A stretch of DNA of 17,265 bases from a virus (IMGVR_UViG_2778261416_000002:1-17265); one strand, 5' to 3'; counted from the stretch's first letter, positions 9,009 through 16,788 are shown. Notes: generated by a model not told the origin, from the sequence alone. Numbers and translations: made by a program.

Positions 9009-10721
9009 ATGCAGTTGCATTATGTCCCGCTCCTCAGTGCTGCGCTCCATCCTGATTACAAAAACCGTTATCAAAAACACATGCAAATAGACGCAGTCAA
9101 ATGCGCTACCGCCTCTCGCAATACCTTCAATTTCATGATAAAAAACATCATCCCTAACAAGAGCATTATCCTCATGAAAAAAGTATATGAACTAACCAGT
9201 GAAGAAGCACTGTCATATTTTCTTCGCCATGACTCCTACACAACCTTAGAATTACCGGCTTATATTAATTTCACCACATTATTAAATGATATTAATTCAT
9301 CTATCCATAACAAAAAAATTAAAATTGAACCAACCGCCAAGGAGCTGATGGGTAAAGATATCAATTATGAGGTGCTTGTCAGTAAAGATGGTCTATATAG
9401 CTGGCGTAGGATAACACTTATCAATCCCCTTTATTATGTCTACTTCTGTAGAAAAATCACAGCACCAGCAACCTGGGAAATCATAACAGAAAAATTCAAA
9501 TCTTTTGAATCAAACGACCTTTTTACATGTTCAAGCATCCCCGTCAGAAAAGACAACTCGTCAAACATTGCTGCATCTGTAATGAATTGGTGGGAAGATT
9601 TTGAACAAAAAAGCCTTGCCCTTGCTCTTGAATACGAATTCATGTTCAGCACTGACATCTCAAACTTCTACCCATCAATATATACTCATAGTTTTGAATG
9701 GGTATTCATATCAAAAGAAGAGGCAAAGAAGAAAAAAAGCAAAAATAACCCAGGAGGATTAATTGACAGCCACATTCAAATGATGATGAACAACCAGACA
9801 AATGGTATTCCACTCGGCAGCACATTGATGGATACATTTGCTGAGCTTATCTTGGGTCAAATCGATATAGAATTAAGAAAAAAAACTAACGAACTCAAAA
9901 TAATAAACTACAAGGTAGTACGCTATCGTGATGATTACCGGATCTTCTCTAATAGCAAAGATGATTTAGACATAATATCAAAATGTTTAGTCAATGTATT
10001 GGGCGATTTTGGTTTAGATCTAAACTCAAAAAAAACTGAACTATATGAAGACATCATACTTCATTCGTTGAAACAAGCTAAAAAAGACTACATCAAAGAA
10101 AAAAGACATAAGTCACTCCAGAAAATGCTCTATTCAATATATTTATTTTCACTTAAACATCCAAACTCGAAAACAACCGTTAGATATCTAAATGATTTTC
10201 TTAGGAATTTATTTAAGCGAAAGACAATTAAAGATAACGGCCAACAGGTTGATGCTATGCTTGGTATTATTTCAAGCATCATGGCAAAAAACCCTACAAC
10301 GTACCCAGTAGGAACGGCAATTTTCTCAAAACTCCTCAGTTTTCTTTATGGTGATGACACCCAAAAAAAATTAACAAAGCTAGAACAACTCCATAAAAAA
10401 CTGGATAAACAACCCAATACAGAAATGCTTGACATATGGTTTCAGCGAACTCAAGCAAAAATAAACCTAGAGTGGGATAAATCTTATAAGTCAGCTCTAT
10501 GCGTCCGTATAAATGATGAACTCACAAAAGAGAAAACATTTTCTGTAAATAATTTATGGAATATTGACTGGATCCAAGGAAAAGAAACAAGCCCCAATAA
10601 AGCCAAAATATTATCCTTGCTAAGAAAAACAAAAATCGTTGACACAGATAAATTTGATAAAATGGATGAAAATATAACACCTGAAGAAGTTAATCTATTC
10701 TTTAAAGAGCACAGCAATTAA
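9009..10721 (+). CDS. Reverse transcriptase, stand-alone defence-associated type (Abi-P2 / UG-Abi-like) with a C-terminal helical extension
   Basis: RT motif A FSTDISNFYPSI (about 9645..9680), motif B NGIPLGSTLMDTFAELIL (9801..9854) and motif C VRYRDDY (9918..9938). The ORF is strongly AT-rich compared with flanking phage genes and sits in the cos-to-A variable locus. The true start may be an internal ATG at 9135 or 9174; the latter has aagag about 10 nt upstream. Confidence 0.8.
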   Translation: MQLHYVPLLSAALHPDYKNRYQKHMQIDAVKCATASRNTFNFMIKNIIPNKSIILMKKVYELTSEEALSYFLRHDSYTTLELPAYINFTTLLNDINSSIHNKKIKIEPTAKELMGKDINYEVLVSKDGLYSWRRITLINPLYYVYFCRKITAPATWEIITEKFKSFESNDLFTCSSIPVRKDNSSNIAASVMNWWEDFEQKSLALALEYEFMFSTDISNFYPSIYTHSFEWVFISKEEAKKKKSKNNPGGLIDSHIQMMMNNQTNGIPLGSTLMDTFAELILGQIDIELRKKTNELKIINYKVVRYRDDYRIFSNSKDDLDIISKCLVNVLGDFGLDLNSKKTELYEDIILHSLKQAKKDYIKEKRHKSLQKMLYSIYLFSLKHPNSKTTVRYLNDFLRNLFKRKTIKDNGQQVDAMLGIISSIMAKNPTTYPVGTAIFSKLLSFLYGDDTQKKLTKLEQLHKKLDKQPNTEMLDIWFQRTQAKINLEWDKSYKSALCVRINDELTKEKTFSVNNLWNIDWIQGKETSPNKAKILSLLRKTKIVDTDKFDKMDENITPEEVNLFFKEHSN

Positions 10722-10730
10722 TATCCCAAA

Positions 10731-10760
10731 GCCATGTTAGTAACATAACATGGCTTTTTT
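10731..10760 (+). terminator. Intrinsic terminator downstream of the RT gene (possibly bidirectional with convergent gene A)
   Basis: Hairpin gccatgtt-agtaacat-aacatggc followed by tttttt (10755..10760), 10 nt after the RT stop codon. Confidence 0.6.
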
Positions 10761-10824
10761 AAATCACTCATTATCAGTTATCAAGAACGAACATAACATT
10801 CTATTCCGAGGAGTTAAATTATCA

Positions 10825-13110
10825 TTAGATCCACTTAATATCCGTTATATCCTCCAGCCACTCCTCATCTACCAGATAGGTGAATTTTTTCCCGTCATAA
10901 TTTACGGTTGCTCCACGCGCCAGCGCCTCAAGCTCCCATCGCTGCGGCCTGATACCGTTCTGAGCGAGGTCAACGCGGATACGGGTAATTTGCATTCGTT
11001 CCGACCGGGTCAGTCTGGCCGATGGTGCCATTTCATACTGTTTTAACGGGCTTCCGTTTCTCTGCTGACGATTTGGTGTTCTCAGTCCGCATTTTAATGC
11101 ACCTCTGAGCGCCCTCACAACCTCCGGGTCACTCCATTCGATAACACCGTCATCAACCAGATTAAGCACTGCTGCGGCGTGTTCAGAAGGTGTGGGAGCC
11201 GGTAACGAAGTATCACCACCGGTGAGCTTTCCACAGTTATTGACAGGACTCCGAGGCGCGGCGATGCCGCTTTTTAAAGTCAAAGGCTCAACGACCGGCA
11301 CTTTCGGAACAATGCGCCAGTCCGTCGTTCTGGTGATATGAATATGACGCGCGCCGAGATGCGGCGCGTAAATGCCGACCACTCTCTCGACTTCTTCCTC
11401 GTACTCGTTAACTTCATCCGACGGACTACGGGCGACCCTGACAGTCTGACAATCGCGCGGGACATTTGCCCCACCCTGCGCGCTGATATACAGCGCAAAA
11501 TCGCCACTGTCTGCGGCAGCGCGTGCAGCCTCGACGCGTTCGTCAAACTCATCAGCAATGCTGACGCCGCGAGGTAATTTGCGTAGTTCACGGTAAGCCC
11601 CCATTGTCGGCAGGCCAACCGTTTTAAATTGCGGAATGCGCCACGTTGACGCCCATGCGGTAACAGCCGCGGCAGTGTCTTTCAGCGGCCTGCCGGTGTC
11701 GTTATCGAGCTGACCATCCAGTGCATAGCCGTCGATGTTTTTTGAAATGTATTTCGCGATATACCCCGCAGCACCGCCCCGGTTAAGGTGTTTTGCCTGA
11801 AAACGGTTTCGCGCGGCTCCTCTTTCGTCGCCATCCTCTTTGAGCGCATAGCGACGCATGATTTCGATAATCTGGTTACGCTGGCGCGGATTACAAAAAA
11901 GCATCATATGCCAGTGCGGCGTTCCGTCGTGGTGTGGCTCGACGACACGCAAACCGTAGACCTGTAAATCATTATCCTTGAATGCCGTGCGCATCAGGCT
12001 CCAGATACGGCAGAGATAACGCTGCGCATCCTTTGGATTAAATGCCTCATCGTTCCAGCCGTGATTTAGCTGGACGGTTTTACTTTCGCCTTTTCTGACC
12101 TGACGTGTCGGGTGATACTTTGACGGCGCGGTCAGCGTGATAAACATCCCCACATCACCCTCTGCTGCGGCGTAACGCTCAATACCGGCAATGGTGTTCA
12201 TCAGCTCCATCCGGCGAATTTCAGGATTAGAAATACTGCCCATCACCTTACTGATAAGGTCGATGCGCTCGCCGGTTTCCCTGTTTTCAAGGTCACACGA
12301 TTTAAGAAATTCCAGATTTGCCTGGCGGCGCGCACGCACATCACGAATGGCATGTTTACTGGCATAAGGAGAACGGTCTTTATTGACCTCCCCGACAGCT
12401 ATCAGTAACGCTTCATGCCAGCGCATACGCTGGCCTTTAAGCTGATGAGTCCACCACTCATCGTTAAACAGACGGGCAATGGCAGAATATGCCTGCCTCG
12501 TGGTCATCTGTCCTTTACGGTATTTTTTCCAGTAGAGCGGGGAAATATTGAAAGCACGTGCAGCGCCAGCAACATGACCATACAGGTGAGCCTGCGCCTC
12601 ATCCGTAAACAGCGATTCTTTTTCACCATGCGCATCAACCCATGCATCACAGAGTTCCTCATACATCATGAAAAGCTGCGATGAGATACGGGCGGCAAAC
12701 TTTTTCAGCTCCTTGTCATTCATTCCCGGCAGGCGCGCATAGTGATCACGCTCTGCCAGAAACAGCAACGACGCGTCGGTGTTCATTTCATGGCGCTGAT
12801 TCACACGCTCAATGCGCGGCCATAAACGACGCTGAAAAGTAGATGTGAGGAAATAAAACCCGTGCACCGGGCTTTTATTGCGCCGGATGTAGTCATAGCG
12901 TGAAGTAAACAGCGAGCGCAAAAAGTAAGGCAGGCGGTTAATCGTGGATAAAACACCTTGCACCTGACGCATCTCGTCACGTGTAAGAGGTCTTTCGCGC
13001 CCGACAGCCTCGCGTGGCGCGTTCCATGCATAAGCACCGGTAAACGCCTTACCGGTGCCTGCGGTAAATGCTGACGGAGGGACAAAACGCCCGGAGGCTT
13101 TAACGGCCAT
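10825..13110 (-). CDS. A: Replication initiation protein gpA (rolling-circle endonuclease)
   Basis: 761-aa product beginning MAVKASGRFVPPSAFTAG... matches P2 gpA in length and N-terminus. It contains the HxH-type motif region (PHWHMMLF) and tyrosine-rich region typical of the family. The supplied ORF begins at an upstream TTG; I trim to the ATG at 13110. Confidence 0.88.
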   Translation of the reverse strand: MAVKASGRFVPPSAFTAGTGKAFTGAYAWNAPREAVGRERPLTRDEMRQVQGVLSTINRLPYFLRSLFTSRYDYIRRNKSPVHGFYFLTSTFQRRLWPRIERVNQRHEMNTDASLLFLAERDHYARLPGMNDKELKKFAARISSQLFMMYEELCDAWVDAHGEKESLFTDEAQAHLYGHVAGAARAFNISPLYWKKYRKGQMTTRQAYSAIARLFNDEWWTHQLKGQRMRWHEALLIAVGEVNKDRSPYASKHAIRDVRARRQANLEFLKSCDLENRETGERIDLISKVMGSISNPEIRRMELMNTIAGIERYAAAEGDVGMFITLTAPSKYHPTRQVRKGESKTVQLNHGWNDEAFNPKDAQRYLCRIWSLMRTAFKDNDLQVYGLRVVEPHHDGTPHWHMMLFCNPRQRNQIIEIMRRYALKEDGDERGAARNRFQAKHLNRGGAAGYIAKYISKNIDGYALDGQLDNDTGRPLKDTAAAVTAWASTWRIPQFKTVGLPTMGAYRELRKLPRGVSIADEFDERVEAARAAADSGDFALYISAQGGANVPRDCQTVRVARSPSDEVNEYEEEVERVVGIYAPHLGARHIHITRTTDWRIVPKVPVVEPLTLKSGIAAPRSPVNNCGKLTGGDTSLPAPTPSEHAAAVLNLVDDGVIEWSDPEVVRALRGALKCGLRTPNRQQRNGSPLKQYEMAPSARLTRSERMQITRIRVDLAQNGIRPQRWELEALARGATVNYDGKKFTYLVDEEWLEDITDIKWI

Positions 13111-13375
13111 ATGAGCCAAAAGCCTCTGAACAACGCTTGCTGAGTTGCTCAACCTGCGCGTTTAAATCAGCAAAAGATTTTGCGCTTCCGGTCAGAATAT
13201 CGTGATGCATCAGGCCGGAAACGAGCTGGCCTAATTTCGGGTAATAACCAACCACCGCCAGCCATTCCTGACCGGCGTTTTTACCGCTTTCCGCTCTCTT
13301 TTTCTCGTGGAGAATAAACTGAAAGCTGTCACTGGTAACGACATAACGTTCGCCAATTTCAATACGAATACTCAT
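13100..13375 (-). CDS. P2 Orf83-like small early protein (function unknown)
   Basis: 91-aa ORF in the orf83 position immediately upstream of A. Its ATG overlaps the preceding stop (ATGA), with a GGAGAA Shine-Dalgarno. Confidence 0.65.
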   Translation of the reverse strand: MSIRIEIGERYVVTSDSFQFILHEKKRAESGKNAGQEWLAVVGYYPKLGQLVSGLMHHDILTGSAKSFADLNAQVEQLSKRCSEAFGSYGR

Positions 13376-13596
13376 GCCGTTCTCCGGTAATGTTTGTTTT
13401 TTGCTTCAAAGACTGACTGACAGGAAACACAACGCGTGGCTGACGGATAAGCCGCACGACGGGCAGCAGGTATTGGCGCGTCACACTCTTCGCAAACCAG
13501 CGCAGAAACACCGCAATGTTTTACCCTTGCCGCGTTAATCTGGCGCTCCAGTAATTCAGCCTGTTGTTCCTGAATAAAATCCACGTTGTCCGGCAT
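13372..13596 (-). CDS. P2 Orf82-like C4 zinc-finger protein (TraR/DksA family)
   Basis: 74-aa ORF with a CxxC...CxxC pattern (CEECDAPIPAARR...CVSCQ) characteristic of TraR/DksA-type zinc fingers, in the orf82 position. Confidence 0.7.
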   Translation of the reverse strand: MPDNVDFIQEQQAELLERQINAARVKHCGVSALVCEECDAPIPAARRAAYPSATRCVSCQSVFEAKNKHYRRTA

Positions 13597-13898
13597 TACC
13601 AGCTCCTTTTGTCGTTCAGCTTCTTAAATTCATCAGCGCAATAACTGGCGAGTTCTGTCGTTAATTTTGTCAGTTCATCCACTGAGGAAATTTGCTTGTG
13701 GAATACAGCGCGTTTAACAAGTAAATTGACCACATCAGACAGGAGGTTTAATTCACTCTGATAAATCGCGATAACAGATTCAGTTATTTCGCGCTTCTCT
13801 TTATCAATACCAAGTTGAATAAGAGACAAATCACCATTTTTCATAACGGCGATTTTTAAGGCGTTATTCAGTAATACAACCGAACGAGAACAGGACAT
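13596..13898 (-). CDS. P2 Orf81-like small early protein (function unknown)
   Basis: 100-aa ORF from the ATG at 13898, which overlaps the orf80 stop (ATGA). The supplied ORF starts one codon earlier at a TTG. Confidence 0.65.
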   Translation of the reverse strand: MSCSRSVVLLNNALKIAVMKNGDLSLIQLGIDKEKREITESVIAIYQSELNLLSDVVNLLVKRAVFHKQISSVDELTKLTTELASYCADEFKKLNDKRSW

Positions 13899-14122
13899 CA
13901 AAGCACCTCCCCGCGAGACAATCCGATATTGTGAAATTTTTCCGACTCCTGACTGAGCAGCTCAACTATCTCCACGCGGGATAACTCCGCCTTTGTGATG
14001 TGGCGAATCATGGCGTCAAGATGAGAAGAAAAGCGCGTCGCAGCGTCGGCCTGTGCTTCGGTTCTGGCCTGTTGCAGCAGTAATGCGTATTTACCGCACT
14101 GATTTTCAGAAACTGTATGCAT
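13898..14122 (-). CDS. P2 Orf80-like small early protein (function unknown)
   Basis: 74-aa ORF with a GGAGAAAG Shine-Dalgarno upstream of the ATG, in the early operon between B and orf81. Confidence 0.65.
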   Translation of the reverse strand: MHTVSENQCGKYALLLQQARTEAQADAATRFSSHLDAMIRHITKAELSRVEIVELLSQESEKFHNIGLSRGEVL

Positions 14123-14185
14123 GACTTTCTCCAGGCAAAAAGAAGCCCCGCACGATTAAGTGCGTTAAAAACTCTGGTTAATTAC

Positions 14186-14686
14186 TTAATGCAGATATTG
14201 CTCTGGTTTTACCGACGTCAGAATTGTCGGTGCATACTCAAACAGGCTGAATAATTCACGTAATGCACGGAATAAAGCATCACGCCAGTAACATGACTCT
14301 TCATTAATTCGCCAGTATGGCTGGTTAAATTCTTTTTCAGTCAATCCGGCATGCATAAATAAAGTACGACGCTGACTGACTGTTAAAAAACTAATATATG
14401 CATACTCACTTGCACCGACCTGACGACGTTTTGAGAATGCCCCACGCAATTCATCAATTGCACATACCAGTCGTTCACGTTCGACGTCGTTCATTTCTTC
14501 AAAACGCATCGTTGCGTGACGCTGTTTTAACTGCGCATGAAAGCAAACTGTTAGCCGTTCGCGCTCCATCATCTGATTATAATAATCACATGTATCCTGC
14601 CAGCGAGGAACGGCAAGATGCTTACCAATTATCCGGCGCATAGCTGCTGGCTGTTTTTCAACGAGATTGAGCGTCATCACTGTCAT
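14186..14686 (-). CDS. B: Replication protein gpB (helicase loader-like)
   Basis: 166-aa product MTVMTLNLVEKQPAAMRRIIGKHLAVPRWQDTCDYYNQMMERERL... matches P2 gpB. A GGAGGG Shine-Dalgarno is optimally spaced for the ATG at 14686 rather than the one at 14692. Confidence 0.85.
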   Translation of the reverse strand: MTVMTLNLVEKQPAAMRRIIGKHLAVPRWQDTCDYYNQMMERERLTVCFHAQLKQRHATMRFEEMNDVERERLVCAIDELRGAFSKRRQVGASEYAYISFLTVSQRRTLFMHAGLTEKEFNQPYWRINEESCYWRDALFRALRELFSLFEYAPTILTSVKPEQYLH

Positions 14687-14853
14687 TTCCATACCCTCCG
14701 GCTTTTCAGAAAGGTCAGAGCCTTTTTTAACGGACTCTGTTTTTTGGTGCGGATAATGATTCCCTTACGCCCCTTACCGTGGGTGATGGTGAAGTCAATC
14801 GCCCTGGGGCTTTCGTTACGCAGTAACTGAGCAATACAACGAGGCTCATTCAT
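14683..14853 (-). CDS. P2 Orf78-like small protein (function unknown)
   Basis: 56-aa ORF with a perfect AAGGAGA Shine-Dalgarno 5 nt upstream of the ATG at 14853. Its stop overlaps the B start (ATGA). The supplied ORF begins at an upstream GTG. Confidence 0.6.
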   Translation of the reverse strand: MNEPRCIAQLLRNESPRAIDFTITHGKGRKGIIIRTKKQSPLKKALTFLKSRRVWK

Positions 14854-14863
14854 ACGGTTCTCC

Positions 14864-15139
14864 TTAACGTGGTTCACCGAGACCTAACCACATCAACCAG
14901 CCGTCACGAATCTCTTTAGGTCGGCTTTCATAAGCCAGTTTTAGTCCGTTATTCCATGCCGGAAGGTATACCCAATATTCACCTGCACGACCTGAAGCTG
15001 ATTGTGGATCGGTCATATCAATTACAGGCAGCTTTCCTTTATCGATCATCCGACGAACCGCTCCTGTCGATTTTCCTATTAGTTTTGCGAACTCCTGATA
15101 AGGAATCGCATCAGTCATGAGTGTTACTTGCTTGCTCAT
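14864..15139 (-). CDS. cox: Cox protein (excisionase and repressor of Pc; directionality factor)
   Basis: 91-aa product MSKQVTLMTDAIPYQEFAKLIGKSTGAVRRMIDKGKLPVIDMTD... matches P2 Cox. It is divergent from C and first gene of the early operon. Confidence 0.88.
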   Translation of the reverse strand: MSKQVTLMTDAIPYQEFAKLIGKSTGAVRRMIDKGKLPVIDMTDPQSASGRAGEYWVYLPAWNNGLKLAYESRPKEIRDGWLMWLGLGEPR

Positions 15140-15149
15140 GTCGTCCTCT

Positions 15150-15260
15150 AGCCCTCATGAATTGCGTTTAATGTCTTATAATGCCTTTTAGTGCCCACAT
15201 CCAAGCACTAAACAATCTACATCTAAACTAAATACTATTGAGATCTAAACACCATGTCAA
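15150..15260. promoter_or_regulatory. Immunity switch region: candidate Pc (-10 tataat 15177..15182, plus strand), candidate Pe (-35 ttgaca and -10 tagtat on minus strand, plus-strand coordinates 15255..15260 and 15233..15238), and two 8-bp direct-repeat C operators atctaaac (15221..15228, 15243..15250)
   Basis: Hexamers are read directly from the sequence; the Pe spacer is 16 bp. The two direct repeats are 22 bp centre to centre and flank the Pe -10, as described for P2 C repressor operators O1/O2. Predicted Pe and Pc transcripts would converge and overlap. Confidence 0.55.
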
Positions 15261-15553
15261 ACACGATAAGCGAGAAGATAGTCTTAATGCGAAAATCAGA
15301 GTATTTGAGCAGACAACAACTTGCTGATTTAACAGGGGTTCCGTATGGCACGCTGAGTTACTATGAAAGTGGTCGTTCAACACCTCCAACAGATGTCATG
15401 ATGAACATCCTGCAGACCCCACAATTCACCAAATACACTTTATGGTTCATGACCAATCAGATCGCTCCTGAGTCCGGGCAAATTGCGCCCGCTCTCGCAC
15501 ACTTTGGGCAAAACGAAACAACGTCGCCCCACTCCGGTCAAAAGACTGGTTAA
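15254..15553 (+). CDS. C: Immunity repressor C
   Basis: 99-aa product MSNTISEKIVLMRKSEYLSRQQLADLTGVPYGTLSYYESGRSTPP... matches P2 C repressor, with the helix-turn-helix region QQLADLTGVPYGTLSYYE. Confidence 0.88.
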   Translation: MSNTISEKIVLMRKSEYLSRQQLADLTGVPYGTLSYYESGRSTPPTDVMMNILQTPQFTKYTLWFMTNQIAPESGQIAPALAHFGQNETTSPHSGQKTG

Positions 15554-15668
15554 CAATTCATCGTGAATATATTCATCACAAGTGCCTACTATTGGTGGCT
15601 AAATTTCAGCCACCACGAAAAAAGCGATTAGTAGTCGCAAAAAAACACACCACTCGGAGGGTTTTCTG

Positions 15669-16682
15669 ATGGCAATCAAAAAACTCGATGATGGTCGATA
15701 TGAAGTGGACATCCGCCCTACTGGACGTAATGGAAAACGCATCCGTAGGAAGTTTGATAAGAAAAGCGAAGCTGTCGCTTTCGAGAAATACACGTTGTAC
15801 AACCACCACAATAAAGAATGGCTATCAAAACCAACAGACAAGCGACGTCTGTCGGAGCTGACACAGATCTGGTGGGATTTAAAGGGTAAACACGAAGAGC
15901 ATGGGAAATCTAATCTTGGAAAAATTGAAATCTTCACAAAAATAACGAATGACCCATGCGCATTTCAAATTACGAAATCGCTTATCAGCCAGTACTGCGC
16001 CACCCGAAGAAGTCAGGGTATTAAACCTTCGAGTATCAATCGTGATTTAACATGTATTAGCGGCATGTTTACAGCCCTGATTGAAGCGGAGTTATTCTTT
16101 GGTGAGCACCCTATCAGAGGGACAAAAAGGCTTAAGGAGGAAAAACCAGACACAGGCTATCTCACGCAGGAAGAAATTGCCTTACTGCTTGCTGCTCTTG
16201 ACGGCGACAACAAAAAGATTGCGATTCTTTGCCTGAGTACTGGAGCACGTTGGGGAGAAGCAGCTCGTTTGAAAGCAGAAAATATCATCCATAACCGCGT
16301 CACGTTTGTTAAAACGAAAACAAACAAACCACGCACCGTCCCGATCTCAGAGGCTGTTGCCAAAATGATCGCGGATAACAAACGAGGTTTTTTATTCCCT
16401 GATGCTGATTACCCTCGCTTCAGACGAACAATGAAAGCAATAAAACCGGATTTGCCAATGGGGCAAGCCACACATGCACTAAGGCACAGCTTTGCCACTC
16501 ATTTCATGATTAATGGAGGAAGTATTATCACGCTACAACGGATACTAGGTCACACGCGGATTGAGCAAACTATGGTTTACGCTCATTTTGCGCCAGAGTA
16601 CCTTCAGGACGCCATTTCTCTTAATCCGCTAAGAGGTGGTACTGAGGCCGAGAGTGTCCACACAGTGTCCACAGTAGAGTAA
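15669..16682 (+). CDS. int: Tyrosine site-specific integrase
   Basis: 337-aa product matching P2 Int. The C-terminal catalytic region has HALRHSFATHF and LGHTRIEQTMVYAHF (R, H-x-x-R and Y). GGAGGG Shine-Dalgarno upstream. It lies adjacent to attR. Confidence 0.88.
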   Translation: MAIKKLDDGRYEVDIRPTGRNGKRIRRKFDKKSEAVAFEKYTLYNHHNKEWLSKPTDKRRLSELTQIWWDLKGKHEEHGKSNLGKIEIFTKITNDPCAFQITKSLISQYCATRRSQGIKPSSINRDLTCISGMFTALIEAELFFGEHPIRGTKRLKEEKPDTGYLTQEEIALLLAALDGDNKKIAILCLSTGARWGEAARLKAENIIHNRVTFVKTKTNKPRTVPISEAVAKMIADNKRGFLFPDADYPRFRRTMKAIKPDLPMGQATHALRHSFATHFMINGGSIITLQRILGHTRIEQTMVYAHFAPEYLQDAISLNPLRGGTEAESVHTVSTVE

Positions 16683-16761
16683 CGTTTAAGGGCTTTCAGT
16701 GGTAATTTATGCCGCTCAAACCCGCATTGTACCGTTGAAAGCCCCTACTGGTGACACCCTA

Positions 16762-16788
16762 AATCTCCCTTACACGGGCTTATTTTTT
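16762..16788. repeat. attR: second copy of the 27-bp P2 attachment core
   Basis: Exact repeat of 1507..1533; this copy is followed by one extra T. It lies 80 bp downstream of int. Confidence 0.8.

Larger units (their letters stand above)
1507..16788. mobile_element. P2-like (Peduovirus) prophage with a large internal deletion of morphogenesis and lysis genes, integrated at the cyaR 3' end (P2 locI-type site)
   Basis: Bounded by 27-bp direct repeats. P2 gene order is preserved: int, C, cox, B, A, cos, Q, P, O, N, T fragment, U, D, ogr. Host genes yegQ and yegR flank it. Confidence 0.85.

Noticed and set aside
9009-10824. Possibility that the RT is a retron or a group II intron
   Set aside because: I found no long inverted repeats that would form a retron msr/msd RNA next to the gene and no intron-like structured RNA flanks or maturase/endonuclease domains. 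The interval between the RT stop and the A stop is only about 100 bp and is taken up by a terminator hairpin. A stand-alone Abi-type RT fits better, but an RNA component cannot be excluded without folding and covariance searches.
10750-11046. 98-aa plus-strand ORF starting in the RT terminator and running antisense into the 3' end of gene A
   Set aside because: It starts inside a terminator hairpin, is antisense to A and has no ribosome-binding site; judged spurious. P2 carries orf91 near here, but this ORF is not in the right position or orientation.
15599-15937. 112-aa minus-strand ORF overlapping the 5' end of int
   Set aside because: Antisense to the well-supported integrase gene and with no homology I recognise; judged spurious.
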